From Takakia lepidozioides (Eukaryota > Plantae > Bryophyta): a DNA stretch of 64,000 bases. Location of the stretch: positions 28,272,001-28,336,000 of the forward strand of contig CM060732.1 in assembly GCA_030704615.1 (NCBI GenBank), given 5' to 3'. The position numbers and the translations under genes were made by a program. Under the pieces are notes generated by a model. The model worked only from the letters and a program-made list of their open reading frames with translations. It was not told the origin of the DNA and made no database searches. This document shows, piece after piece, positions 52,779 to 64,000 of this stretch (the first letter of the stretch is position 1; each line of letters starts with the position of its first letter).

Positions 52779-53499
52779 TGTTCTCGCATTTCAGTTGCCC
52801 ATTACAGATTGTTCTCCTCGTAAGCCCTCCAAGTATACTTCTTCAACATGGTGATGTATCCAAAAGCTCATAGAATTTACTTATTGCCACGACCGCTTCC
52901 CCAGCTCCTCCATCCTCGAAAAACGCCAAAAATATGCTCCACTTATACTTGCTATCCGCCAGCGGGGGTCACTGCTGGCACCAGAGGAGGGATACATAAT
53001 GCCAACATCTTTGCACTTCAAAACAACTTTAAACTCCCCACCACTTCTATCCATAAAAGCTTCAAAGCTATACACCTCACGGCGCTCCGATCCCTCACAA
53101 CTATCATTACCAGTAAGCGACAACTCGAATCCAACCCCTCTTCGGTACCCCAGGGTACCCCCCGGGTACCCTAGGTACCTAGTTACCACTACTCCCTAGC
53201 TACCCGGTGTCCCCTGGACCTGTTACTTTCTTCTATAGGGCCCACCCCCGAGAGGGGGCAGTAGCCGTAAGGCAAAGTGGCTCTTAGTTACGCCGGTTTA
53301 GGCCGGAGTCTTCTCTCTTGCTATCACAAAAGCAATTGAAAGAAATGTACAACAATCGCAAAACATGACCATGTCCAAAAGTCAAAACAGCTGAGGTCAT
53401 GCGAGCTTTTCCACAACCCTCAAAGACTAAATAAATAAATTAAAAAAAAACGTCATGTGTGCAACACACGTAAAGACGTCACCTCGACAATGGAATAAA

Positions 53500-53745
53500 T
53501 TAGGTCCAACGTTCAACGTTCAACGTCCAACGTCAACGCGAGGTTGATTTGGGAACCTATCATGTGCATTTGTAACATTGGAAACCCTGCTTAATGAAAT
53601 GCAAGGTATGGGAAGAAGAGTGCATGCAGTCCCCCAAATCAACCTTGCGTCAACGCAAGGTTGATTTGGGGTTCGCTGGAGGGTTAGTTGATGCATTTCC
53701 TGCTATCCTGCAGCCCCATCAAGCAACCTTGCGTTGATTTGTGGG
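53500..53745. repeat. Subterminal-type repeats including a ~41-bp hairpin
   Basis: CCCCAAATCAACCTTGCGT-CA-ACGCAAGGTTGATTTGGGG at ~53632-53671; further (C)AACGT and GGTTGATTTG copies nearby. Confidence 0.7.
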
Positions 53746-54619
53746 GGCACGAACTGTCTATCTGGGCAGGGGTTCACTGAAACGGATCTTGTTTTTATGT
53801 AGAGGAAAAGAACAAAGAAACCCGCGGGTGGAGATGGAGCTATGGCAGAAGGGTTTGCATGTTTGCCTTCCCTCCCGCTCGCTCTAAGTCCCAGCCCTCT
53901 CTCTCTATCTCCCTCCCTCCCGCTCACTCTAATTCTATTCACGGCTACCGTGATGGGCAACTTTTTAAGTTTTTTAACCTTCTTGCAAACCCTATAAGCA
54001 ATTTTTTGATTTTTTTATAAAAAAATTTAAAGGAAGCCTCAGGCCCTTGAGGAGGGGGAAAAATTAACCCCCTTTCATTTGGGCCATGAGACCTACAGGA
54101 CGATCAACGCCCAAACATATCGTCACGAACAATCCCACACACGGGGTAGGGCAGTGGGTTTGAACCCCGAACCACCGGGGCGACACACTGTGCACCTCCA
54201 GCCGATGTGTTTTTTTCAAATCTTTTGCACTTTGATTTTTAAAAAAAAAATCATTCTAGTGGTAGAGTCTCCGACATTTTTTCAAAATATAAATATTGAT
54301 ATATTATATATATAACCAGAAAAGCATGTGTCAACACGTGCAGTCATGTAGTGATTCATCCATGTGATGATCTGGCAGAATGCATTAGAGTGAGAGTCAT
54401 AAAGTCATATGTCTATCTAGCAATTTGTACACGTCATTCCAGTGTAGGTATGACCGTGACTGGTAGTCATATCTGCCATGACATGTTTGACATGTGTTGC
54501 GCAGAGTCCGGAGTCATGCAATCGCATATACGCCTTCCCCGGACCTGCGTTATGACTTCAAAAGGCATTTCTGCCACAAATCTGTCATGACTGCGCAGCC
54601 ATGGGAGTCATAAAAGCCA

Positions 54620-55452
54620 GTTGAGCCACAGAGAGTTGGTCGAGCTGAAAACTCAACTCAAGGATCTAATGTCAAAGGGGTACATCCGGCCGAGTAAGTC
54701 ACCTTACGGAGCCCCGGTGCTATTCGAAGAAAGATGGGACGCTGCGGATGTGTGTCGATTACAGGGCTCTGAATAAGGTGACTATCAAGAACCGGTACCC
54801 TTTGCCAAGGATCGACGACCTCTTCGATCGGTTGGCAGGAGCAAAGTATTTCAGCCGGATCGATTTGCGCTCCGGCTTCCATCAAATCAGAGTGGCGGAA
54901 GGAGATGAGGAGAAGACCGCGTGCATGACAAGATATGGTTCATATGAGTTATTGGTGATGCCTTTTGGGCTCACCAACGCACCCGCAACCTTTAGCACGC
55001 TAATGAACAACCTTTTCCAGGAGTGGTTGGATGACTTTGTAATCGTGTACATCGACGACATCTTGGTGTACTCGAAAACAAAGGAAGAGGCACCTGAAGC
55101 ACCTCAAAAGGGTGTTCCAGAAATTGCGGGAAAGGAAGCTGTATGCCAAAGCTTCAAAGTGCGAATTCGGGGTCACAAAAGTGGAGTTCCTAGGGCATGT
55201 GATTACACAGGATGGGATCAAAACGAATGACAGAAAGGTGAGGGCGATCTTGGACTGGGTGCCTCCGACTTCGGTCCCGGGAGTGCGATCCTTCCTAGGA
55301 CTCGCCTCTTATTACCGAAAGTATATGAGAAATTTTGCCAAGATCGCGGGGCCGTTGTCGGACCTTCTGTGTAAGTCCAAGGTATGGGTATGGAACACCT
55401 TTTGTGGCCAAGCTTTTGCCGAGTTGAAGCAGCGTATGGCGGAGGCTCCTGT
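54620..55452 (+). mobile_element. Ty3/gypsy LTR retrotransposon reverse transcriptase fragment
   Basis: [87 protein letters not shown]; frameshifts; truncated at AEAPV. Confidence 0.95.
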
Positions 55453-58400
55453 TGTAGTGAACAGCAGATGCCGAAGTGATCATTGTGTACACCCGACCAT
55501 ATCCTGGATCGGGCACTTTCGTGGTGCTTGCAACACGAGCTTGGAGCATTCTTGCGGACTCCACTTTGCGGAAGTGTTCAGCGGTTGGAGGGAAACGCCG
55601 AACCAGCTTTCCATCTCGTTTGGTTGGCCACACGTGAGGATTTGCCGGGGGGACCCGAGAGGACGCAGAAGTAGAAACACATGTATGCAGTAGGGGTTGT
55701 CTCGCAAGGGAAAAGCCTGCCTCCTCCAGCATTGCAATATCCTGACTTGTGAGATGTGTTCCCACCTTGACGGGCCAAACGGTTGGAGGAGCTGGCTTCC
55801 TCACCACGGAAGGACGCACAGTTCCATGCATACATCTACCACAATCGTCTGCGCAGAACCAGAACTTGTGGTTCTTTGCTTCTGGTTGGCCGTATGGACA
55901 TATCAAACCCGTGAAAGTCGGAGCAGGAGTCCGGGCACCGCCTCTAGATATAGATGAAGTGCACTTCTCGAAATTAGTTGCCCTGATCGTTGTACATTTC
56001 ACACGAGACCCTGCACTTGTGCGTTCTATGTGCCAAACGCGTTTGGGGCATGCGGACTCCAGCACATCAAGGGGGTAGTTTCTCTCCTGCACCATTTCAG
56101 TGGCACTGTTAGATGCTGGAGCCTGCCGTCGAGTCGGAGGTTCCTCCACAATGGAGGTTCCGGACATGGATCTGCCATGCAGAGGAACACGAGGCTTCGA
56201 GAAGTTATCACGGTCTGCTCTGTGCGAATCGAAATCCGAACCAGGTGGGGTGTTCAATTTCCTCTTACATGAGCCGAATCTCTCTTCCCCTTCAAGATGT
56301 GGAACTCTAGAAACAAGTGGCGTTCCCTGGGCATACATGCTCACCGCCCGTGCTATCTTGCTTGGATCCCCAAATCTGTTTACAACACGCAACATCAACT
56401 CCTGTTTGTCCGGACCCTTGCCACCAGCCCCTCCTCGCAAGAAATCACGGTATATGGTTAGTTGTTGCAAGGCACGTATCAGATCATCTGTTGTTGCCAC
56501 ATACAAATCCCGACCTCGTTTCCCAGATTGTTGCAACCATGCATTGTGCACAGTCTCTGCCAAATTGCAACATGGCATGTCCGCCATCTCCTCAATGGAC
56601 ATGTTCTGCGCAGAACCACACTTCAGAATAGTGCACAGGGAACAACATAAAGAAAGCAAGGAGAGCAAAATTTGGAAAGTAAATATATGAAGAAAGCTAG
56701 CAATACAAGCCTCGCACCATTGTCATGGCTGCTCCCCACTGTCTGTACCGGAAGTGCCAAAACGCCAACCAATCTTCCAATGCTCTCATACTCTCAAGCG
56801 ATGCAGCTCCAGAAGAGAACCACCAGGCATGAATTGTCTGGAACAAAATGTCCGCCTCCTTCATTGTTCTAGCATCTTTGTACTCTTTGCACAATTTACG
56901 GTGTTGTGTCTGCATCTCTGGTTTGATGTCCGACTTTGTATGTTTCTCCAAAGATTGTGTCCAATGGAATAGACATGTACGCTCTCTTCCCGGCATTGGC
57001 ACTTTTGGGTCGCCTGATCCGAAGACAATTCGAACTGCATTGAAATTTGCCTGAGCACTATCTGCCATAAAACCAGCAAAATTTGGAGATGGCACCCCAT
57101 GGCAGCCCATAACACGTACAAGGGAATTCCACATGAGCTTCTGGGATTCCGTATCCTCGGATTGCATGTCACAAATTGCAATTGTCATAACTTGTTGGTA
57201 CACTGGATCGTACACATGACAAGCCATTGTCGTCCAATCTTTCACTTGTTTCACATGATCAAACATAAGAAAACAATTTTGCAGGTCCCCAGTCTTCTGC
57301 ATCCGCTTCACGAGGCTAACCCCACTACCCTCCCCAGCAGTCAACATTTTGAAAAGAAAACTTTGATGGCACCTTGACCTGGAAAAACATTGTCCTGGAT
57401 GTAGTCGTACATGCTCAGTCATTTCAATTCCAAAATGTTGTCTATGTAGCCTCTGATCCCAGAGCCCATTCTCAATGCATTGATCTGATGCCGAATGTTA
57501 GGTGAACTCAACGTGGAGAAATGATCCATGACAACGTCGAGTGCTGCACCGTCAAGTTTAGTCCCCACAGAATCCCCTTCACTCAAAATATGGCTTTCCA
57601 AGAAGGATTTGCTTGCGCCAAGAGCAATTGCGGATGTTGTTGCGAATGGGTTTCTCTTGTACTCCTGTTTAATCAACCTCGATACTGTCTCAACACTCTC
57701 CCTGTAATCCCCCTTCGAGACAGGATGGTTATGGAAACCAAAATGCACACAAGCTCTTGTCATGGTTTTCAAACGGTGGACAACATAGTACATCCTTGCT
57801 CCACACAGCGCCAGACAGGTTGGTACTAGTTTGCAGAATTTGCAAACGAAAGTGGTTTCCGCTGGAGGAGCAGTCCCAGGCTTAAATGGATTTTTTGCGA
57901 GACCCTCCCACTCGCTTTGATTGTGAACCCCAGACTGAAGAAAGTGTCTCCAATTCAAATTATCACACCTAAGGTGTCCATTGCAAACTGTTCTCCTGAA
58001 AACAAGCTTGTCCTCATTTTGAATATTGGATGTTTTTGTTCTGCACCATGGGTGCCCGTCGTGTTTCTTGTCCATTCCGTGCATCATGCTTGTTATACCT
58101 CCAACTCGCGGAGGAGGAGGCAGCTCAAATAGGATATCCCCATCAAAAGTCTCTAGCAGGAACTTCGCAGGCACCTGCTTCAAAGCTTCCCAATCAATTC
58201 CCAGCAACTCACTTTTGAAACCTGCCATTCCTCTTGTCGCCCATAGTTTTGGAATGACACTACAAATGTCTTCTTCATCCGCTTCCACAACTATAGTACA
58301 AAGGACTGGAGTTGGAATTTCACTAATGTCATCATTGGACGAATCCGAAAGCTCAACGATTGGAGTTGAGCACGTTTTTTTTTTTCTCACCACCACCTCC

Positions 58401-58645
58401 ATTTTGTCTTCAATGACTGAAGCAGCAGTCCCGGGCGTCACATATGATCCAAGGGACTTTCTCCGAGGCTCTCCGAGTACTCTGTATCTACCAGGGCGCA
58501 CTCTCCACTGGCTCACATGAGCCGTCTCATCACGATTTTGAAAAGAGTATTTCAACAACTTCCCGTCGAAATCGTACACCTCTTTCTCCAAGAAGATGGA
58601 CCCATTCAAAAGCTCAAACCGTGTAGCCAGGACATGTTCTGTCAC
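55453..58645 (-). mobile_element. GCM-domain MULE transposase, copy 2 (most complete; disabled)
   Basis: GMDKKHDGHPWC..TSN...RRTVCNGHLRC...CKFC...C...GFHNHP; LMFDHVK (D1), FMADSA (D2), CLFHW; intron 56606-56717; NLAETVHNAW (E); TGA at 57419-57421 and a 1-nt frameshift near 57358. Confidence 0.85.
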
Positions 58646-59575
58646 AATTGCGAATCCATTGTCAATGCTTCTTTGGAGAAAGGCACTGGTTTGTCGTCAG
58701 AATAAAACTCTGCTTCGGAGGAAGCCATGTTACGTCCCCGAGCGGGGGGTTCTCTCTCCTGAGCTGCTCCTTTGTGAAATCAGATGATTCAGCTATGCAA
58801 CACACTGGTTGCACATGAAATGAGGCGGAAGCACCCGTTCTTTGAAGATTGTGCATATTATGATATTCCATCTAGTCAATGTGGGACGGTTCCTGACAAG
58901 TCACCGTCAAATTAACGTATGTGACATGCAGTTTGTATTGTCTTCTGAGCAATGCTGACAGATAATCCATCTAGTTGTGGGGGTCACCCCAAAACAATAA
59001 AAATCCGCCGACGGATCCCATGCAGGGATGATGGGAAGAGAATTGAAGTAATTAGTTCATTTGTCAGGCCATGACTATATCCAGTATGTCTGATCATGTG
59101 GATGGTTTCTAGATCATGCAATCCTTGGGCCCAGAACTCTCCACGTACGCATATTCCGTTAAATCCTAAGTAGGCCTCATGGCAAGTACTTCGAGAATTC
59201 TCATCCATGACGTCCAACGGTGATATTAATGAAGCCGTCACAAAAAAGACACATGTCAATTTTATGTTTGCACACGCCAAGAACCCAAAACAACCGCGCA
59301 AAGGAACAACTGTCCCAAATAGGTTACGCTATTTTCACTGTCACGTACGTTCAAGTATTGGACACGCAAGAGGGAATCGAATGGTTCCAGGGACACTTCC
59401 AAAACGACGGGACCCCGGAAGAAAGCGAGTCTGTTCATCATTCTTGTTTCTTAGAGGAAGAGAGGAAGTCAAGCTGGAGAGGGTTCCTTGTTCGGTTCGG
59501 AAGAGGAGGAAATCATTGTATTTTACATCGGTTAGAGAGAGGCTGAGATCAAGAGAGCAAATGACGAGGCGTCGC

Positions 59576-62565
59576 ATGCAAGATGGTGCAGCGCTTAGGT
59601 AGCATGTGAACTTGGAGACAGATCAAGCAGAAGAGCATGTAGGAAGTGAGAGTGAGGTCGCCGCAGTCGCAGCGACGGCTGGAGCAGTGAGCGTAGGTAA
59701 CCAAACAGTGCCAGCCGAGTTCATGCACAAAGACAACACAACAGAAGGAGGAGCAGTGGACACCATACCGGGAGGAAGTCAGCAAACCCTACATTAGACA
59801 GAAATGGTGATCATTCAATATCCGCATAATACTGTTATCATTAGTCTTGATGTTTTCCATTCCATGTGGGATCAATACATTGTTTTTTCTTATGTTCAGA
59901 CCGATGAAAAATGGAAGAGGAAAGCTGCAGAGGGCGATCCGAGCGATGCAGCCACGAAGCCGAAGAAGGGGAAGGGATCCGTAAGTTCTCTCAAACACAC
60001 TTCTCCCTCTTTACTGATAGTCCCCCGATGTGAGAAAAGCGATGATCGGTGGCGATCATCGCTTTACAGAAGAATGTAGTTGGTGTCTTATTTCAGTAGA
60101 TTCAGGAAGGCAGGCAGGCATGAAAGAATATGTATCAAGGCGAAAGTGATGATCGGTGCTGACCATCACCTTCGCCATTGCTTTATTTAAGCAAAGAATG
60201 CGATTTTCATTGTGATTCAAGAGTGACAGAGAACTAAAGACACATCTTGCAATGACGTCGAAGTGATGATCGTTACCGATCATCGCTTTGAGGTCCATTC
60301 CCTTCTTGTTCAGAATAGTTTAGAAATGGCGTGGTCGTTCAGGAAACTGATGATCGGTACCGACCATCACATTCAGCTCCCATTGTTTGTGCATCCCTTG
60401 GCACTTAAATAGTGATGGTCGGTACGGTTAAAAAAAATTTCGACAATGACTGCATGTTAACCCAAAATCCTATCTCGCACTGGAAGCCTTTGTAGAATGA
60501 AATTCTTTAGGTGGAGAAATGTCCATTCAACTTCATATTTGGAATTGGAGAAACAGAAAAACGATGGTCGGTGTCGACCATCGCCTCCAAGTCCATTTCT
60601 ATGCTCTATATCTCATACAATGAAATGCAGAATTCTGCTGTGAAGTGATGATCGGTGCCGACCATCACATCCAGACCTCATGGGTTGTGCTTCCCAAGGC
60701 AGTCTGATTGTGATGATTGGTACTGACCATCAATGCTTGAACGGTTTGGCAATACACCAGAATCCATAAAAGGAGACCAAGTTCAGTGGGTGAAAGAAGG
60801 GATTCTGACTAAGAGTGATGATCGGTGCCGACCATCACACTCAGACGTCATGGGGTTCGCTTCCTAATGCAATCTGATTGTGATGATCGGTACCGATCAT
60901 CACTTTTTGAACAGATTGGCAATGCACCAGAATCCAAGAGAGGACATCAAGTTCAATGTGTGATAGAGGGGATTCTGACTTATAGTGATGATCGGTGCCG
61001 ACCATCACATTTAGACCTCATGGGTTGTGCCTCCCAAGGCAGTCTGCTTGTGATGATCGGTACCGACCATCACTTTTTGAACAGATTGGCAATGCACCAG
61101 AATCCAAAAGAGAACATCAAGCTCAATGAGTGATAGAATGGGTTCTGACTTATAGTGATGATCGGTGCCGACCATCACATTTAGACCTCGTGGGTGTTTG
61201 CATCCCAATGTTGTCTTGTGGTGATGTGCGATACCGACCATCGCTTGCATCATCCTGATGGTCGGCACCGATCATCGCAGTCTAGTGAGAACGAAGTCAA
61301 GGTTCATTGGGAAACCAAGTAGGATTTCCATTCATTTGTTAGAAGACAAAGTGATGGTCGGTACCGATCGTCACTGTGTTGAAATGTCTGTTTTCCTGAA
61401 CACCAGTTGAATGTTGCTGTTGTGGCGGTTTTGGGTATGCAAAAGAATGTAAAGTCCAAGCAAGCAGAAACAAATGCAAAGGGCTCTGGAGAAGGGGACG
61501 ACTCCACAAAGAGTTCTGAGAACAGCGAAGACACTAACGAGCCTGAATTGCACTACCTTGACAAGGTGAAACAACTTATGTCATATCAAAAGGTAAATTC
61601 CCAGGAGGTTATTAGGGACATGATCGTCTCTGGAGGACGCCTTGAAATCCCTCTCTGCCGGATGATAGGTGCACAAGTTTTTTACGTCTCAGTGAAGGAT
61701 ACTAATGGTCACAGCACAAAAGTGAGCCCATAGATTATGGACAACTGGGATGATTGCTGGAAGGATGTGAATGACAAGTTTGAGGACTCTCTGTTGCTTG
61801 GACATAACACCCAGCAGTTCTGCAACCACATGTTCTATGTCTGGGACGGGAACCATCGCTTGCTAGCTTGGATGGGGTACATTGCGAAACACCATTCAAA
61901 AGACAAGGACAAGCATTGTGTTGTGGAGGCAATGGTTCTGGATCCTGGGAACGACATCGCCAGACTTTTGACAGCTGTGCATGACGTGAACAAGTAGGAC
62001 TTCCTCATAAACCCATAGCCTTTCAAATTGCATGTTGTGCGCATTTCAAGTCCAAACGTTAAATATTTCTTACGTATGCAATGTGTATTCCCTGTTTGCA
62101 GATCGACAGAGAAATCACATGTTACTACGAGCCTGGTCCACACACTATTCCGCATTCAGAGAATTGGTTTGATGAAGCTTGATGAGTTCCGCACAGTGCT
62201 ACATCCTGATGTCATCAAGAAGTGCGAAACAGGAAGATCTGCAGGGACCTGGTACTCGTTGGCCCGAGATGCATTTTTGGAGTACATGTATGCGGTATGG
62301 CCCAAACCACTTCTTCCTATGTTATTACATACAAATTTTCAATTGTATGTCTGCTAATCCAATCATTGATACTTGCAGCAAGAACTGGCAGAGGCCGCCG
62401 AAATCTGAGTACTACCGCACTACAGCAGAAGAACTGAGGACTGCTAAAGGAGTTGGAGCAGCCATAAAGAAGGAGTACGAGATAAGGAGAACAAAGTTGA
62501 TGTCGGCCTTCCTGAAGCAATTGAGAATAGTGGATCCCGGACTTTGGGAGGAGTTCCTTCTCCAA
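59576..62565 (+). pseudogene. Multi-exon ParB/Srx-like domain gene, divergent from GCM-MULE copy 2
   Basis: Low-complexity N-terminal exons (59576-~59806, 59900-59980); 61443-61993 reads RLEIPLCRMI...FYVS...WDDCW..VN.KFE...MFYVWDGNHRLLAWMGYI...HCVVEAMVL; further exons at 62102-62295 and 62379-62565; in-frame stops present. Confidence 0.65.
60039..61374. repeat. Array of ~16 copies of a 24-bp palindrome GTGATGATCGGT(A/G)CCGA(C/T)CATCAC inside the intron of the ParB-like gene
   Basis: Copies at 60039, 60146, 60263, 60347, 60412 (half), 60561, 60645, 60710, 60815, 60880, 60985, 61050, 61155, 61221, 61256 and 61351; a 170-bp higher-order repeat spans 60645-61220. Confidence 0.92.
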
Positions 62566-62594
62566 AAAATCCCACTACGACAAGCATAGAACAT

Positions 62595-63367
62595 TATGCA
62601 GACACTTCGCACTGTCCGGTGTACAAAACCAAAGCGAATGGGATGGTGTCTCTGAGAATCAATTCAAGGCTGGATTGATGCCACCATACAATAATACTTT
62701 TGTGTGTAAGTTCTGTAGGCTCGCACCTTCCTGTCTTACATTGTGTGGCGCCAGAATATACTATGTGGTACAACGATTCAATACCCTGACTAGAGCCTGT
62801 GTCCATTTTGGTTATCACAATCAACCTGTGTCCAAGGGGTATTATAGGGAAAGCGTTGAGACAGTCTCGCGCCTCATAAGATAGGAGTTGGATAGCAATC
62901 CAACTGGAACCACTTCTGCAATTGCGATGGAAGCGAGCAAGTCCTTCCTGGAAAGCCATATTCTCTGTGCAGCAGATTCTGTTGGAGTAATTGGAGGGAC
63001 CAGCTTTGGACATTGTTATGGACCATTTTTCAACATTGACTTCTCCAAACATTCGGAATCAAGTGAACGCTTTGAGAATGGGCTCTGGGAGCCGGGGTTA
63101 TATGGACAATATTATGGATTTGAAGAAAAGGAGCAGGTATAACTACATCCAAGACAGAGTTTTTCCGGGGCAAGGAGCCAAAAAAATATTCCTGTTCAAA
63201 ATGTCAACAAAAGGTGAAGGCAGCGGAGTTAGCCTGGTGAAACGTATGCAGAAGGGTGGCGATCTTGGCAATTGTTTTCTTATGTTCGATCACGTGAAGG
63301 GGGTTAAAGAGTGGACCACAATGGCATGTCATGTTTACGACCCAGTGTACCAGCGAGTCATGACAAT
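62595..63367 (+). mobile_element. GCM-MULE transposase fragment, copy 3
   Basis: FVCKFCRLAPSCLTLCGARIYYVV...GYHNQPVSKG; FPGQGAKKIFLFKMST; FLMFDHVK..KEWTTMACHVYDPVYQ; closely similar to copy 2 and inverted relative to it. Confidence 0.88.
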
Positions 63368-64000
63368 TGCAACGACGCAATGGCGTGAGCGTTGCACGTG
63401 AGCGCGCGAGCGTACGCTCACGCAGGAGTGACGTGGCGTGAGCGTACGCTCACGCCAGCTGACGTGGCGTGAGCCTGCACACATGCTGACGTGGCGTGAG
63501 CGTCATGTCAGCATGCTGATGTGGCGGTAAATGATGACATGGCACTGTCCGTCAACTGCCACGTCAGCATTAACATGCGCCGCCTATAACCGTGGATGGT
63601 CCTATGACCGTGGAATTAATGCAGGGAATCTTGCCTAAATAGAATCAAGACGAGCGTTGAGGCCTACAATTACAGCATCCAACATTGTGCAATTACAAAT
63701 GCTTGTTTCACTTTTACAATTACGAAGACGACAAAATATCCTCACAAAGTGTGCGCCATAAAGGCTGCCACGAGAAGACTTCCTCTCTCCTCAAATAACA
63801 ATGAGAGTTATGATCATCTTCAAAAGATGATTGTAGTGCATAGCGACAGCAAGACATGTAGACTTCGAACGGTGCAATGACAAATGTGCACTACCTAAAA
63901 GTTGTCACTCAGAGCTCACTCCGTATAATTGGAGGCCATATCATTGCACAGCCGACGAATTGATGTGAATTACACATTTCAAATCATGGTCATCCACATA
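63368..64000. repeat. Right arm of the long inverted repeat (pairs with 52160-52778), with (GACGTGGCGTGAGC)n motifs
   Basis: Direct alignment to the reverse complement of 52160-52778; truncates transposase copy 3. Confidence 0.85.

Noticed and set aside
52850-53330. Solo LTR with GGTACC repeats
   Set aside because: LTR-like composition, but I could not find matching termini or a TSD.
55295-55452. Transposase-RT fusion protein (end of ORF 55295-56668 and ORF 55112-55693)
   Set aside because: Two truncated elements abut on opposite strands at ~55453; the extensions are antisense read-through.
56100-56690. Independent plus-strand gene (196 aa) and similar ORFs such as 58026-58520 and 14206-14682
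   Set aside because: Antisense shadows of the transposase or AO coding strands.
60039-61374. CRISPR array
   Set aside because: Eukaryotic intron context and no cas genes. Spacer lengths vary widely and the central spacers are homologous (170-bp tandem unit) rather than unique.
60039-61374. Literal bacterial parS sites or bacterial contamination
   Set aside because: The sequence does not match the TGTTTCACGTGAAACA parS consensus and the surrounding genes have spliceosomal introns. Only a functional analogy is proposed.

Overview
Eukaryotic, intron-containing, TE-dense plant DNA; the TE families suggest a non-seed land plant, which is inference only. One host gene is present: an 8-exon aldehyde oxidase (11468-19325, +) with three frameshift-type lesions and no C-terminal exons in the window. 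The rest is nested mobile DNA: hAT MITEs with perfect 8-bp TSDs, several LINE families, a 2.1-kb solo LTR, a Ty3/gypsy RT fragment, two CACTA elements (one with head-to-head TnpD/TnpA and a TnpA fused to an FCP1-like phosphatase domain) and a MULE/SWIM fragment. The most unusual part is 46-64 kb. It holds three copies of a Mutator-like transposase with an N-terminal GCM-type zinc domain, a divergently transcribed ParB/Srx-like gene (WDGNHR), three arrays of a conserved TCGGT(A/G)CCGA-cored palindrome (two of them inside introns of these element genes), and captured OSB-type PDF ssDNA-binding exons. All calls come from reading motifs by eye; no database searches were run.
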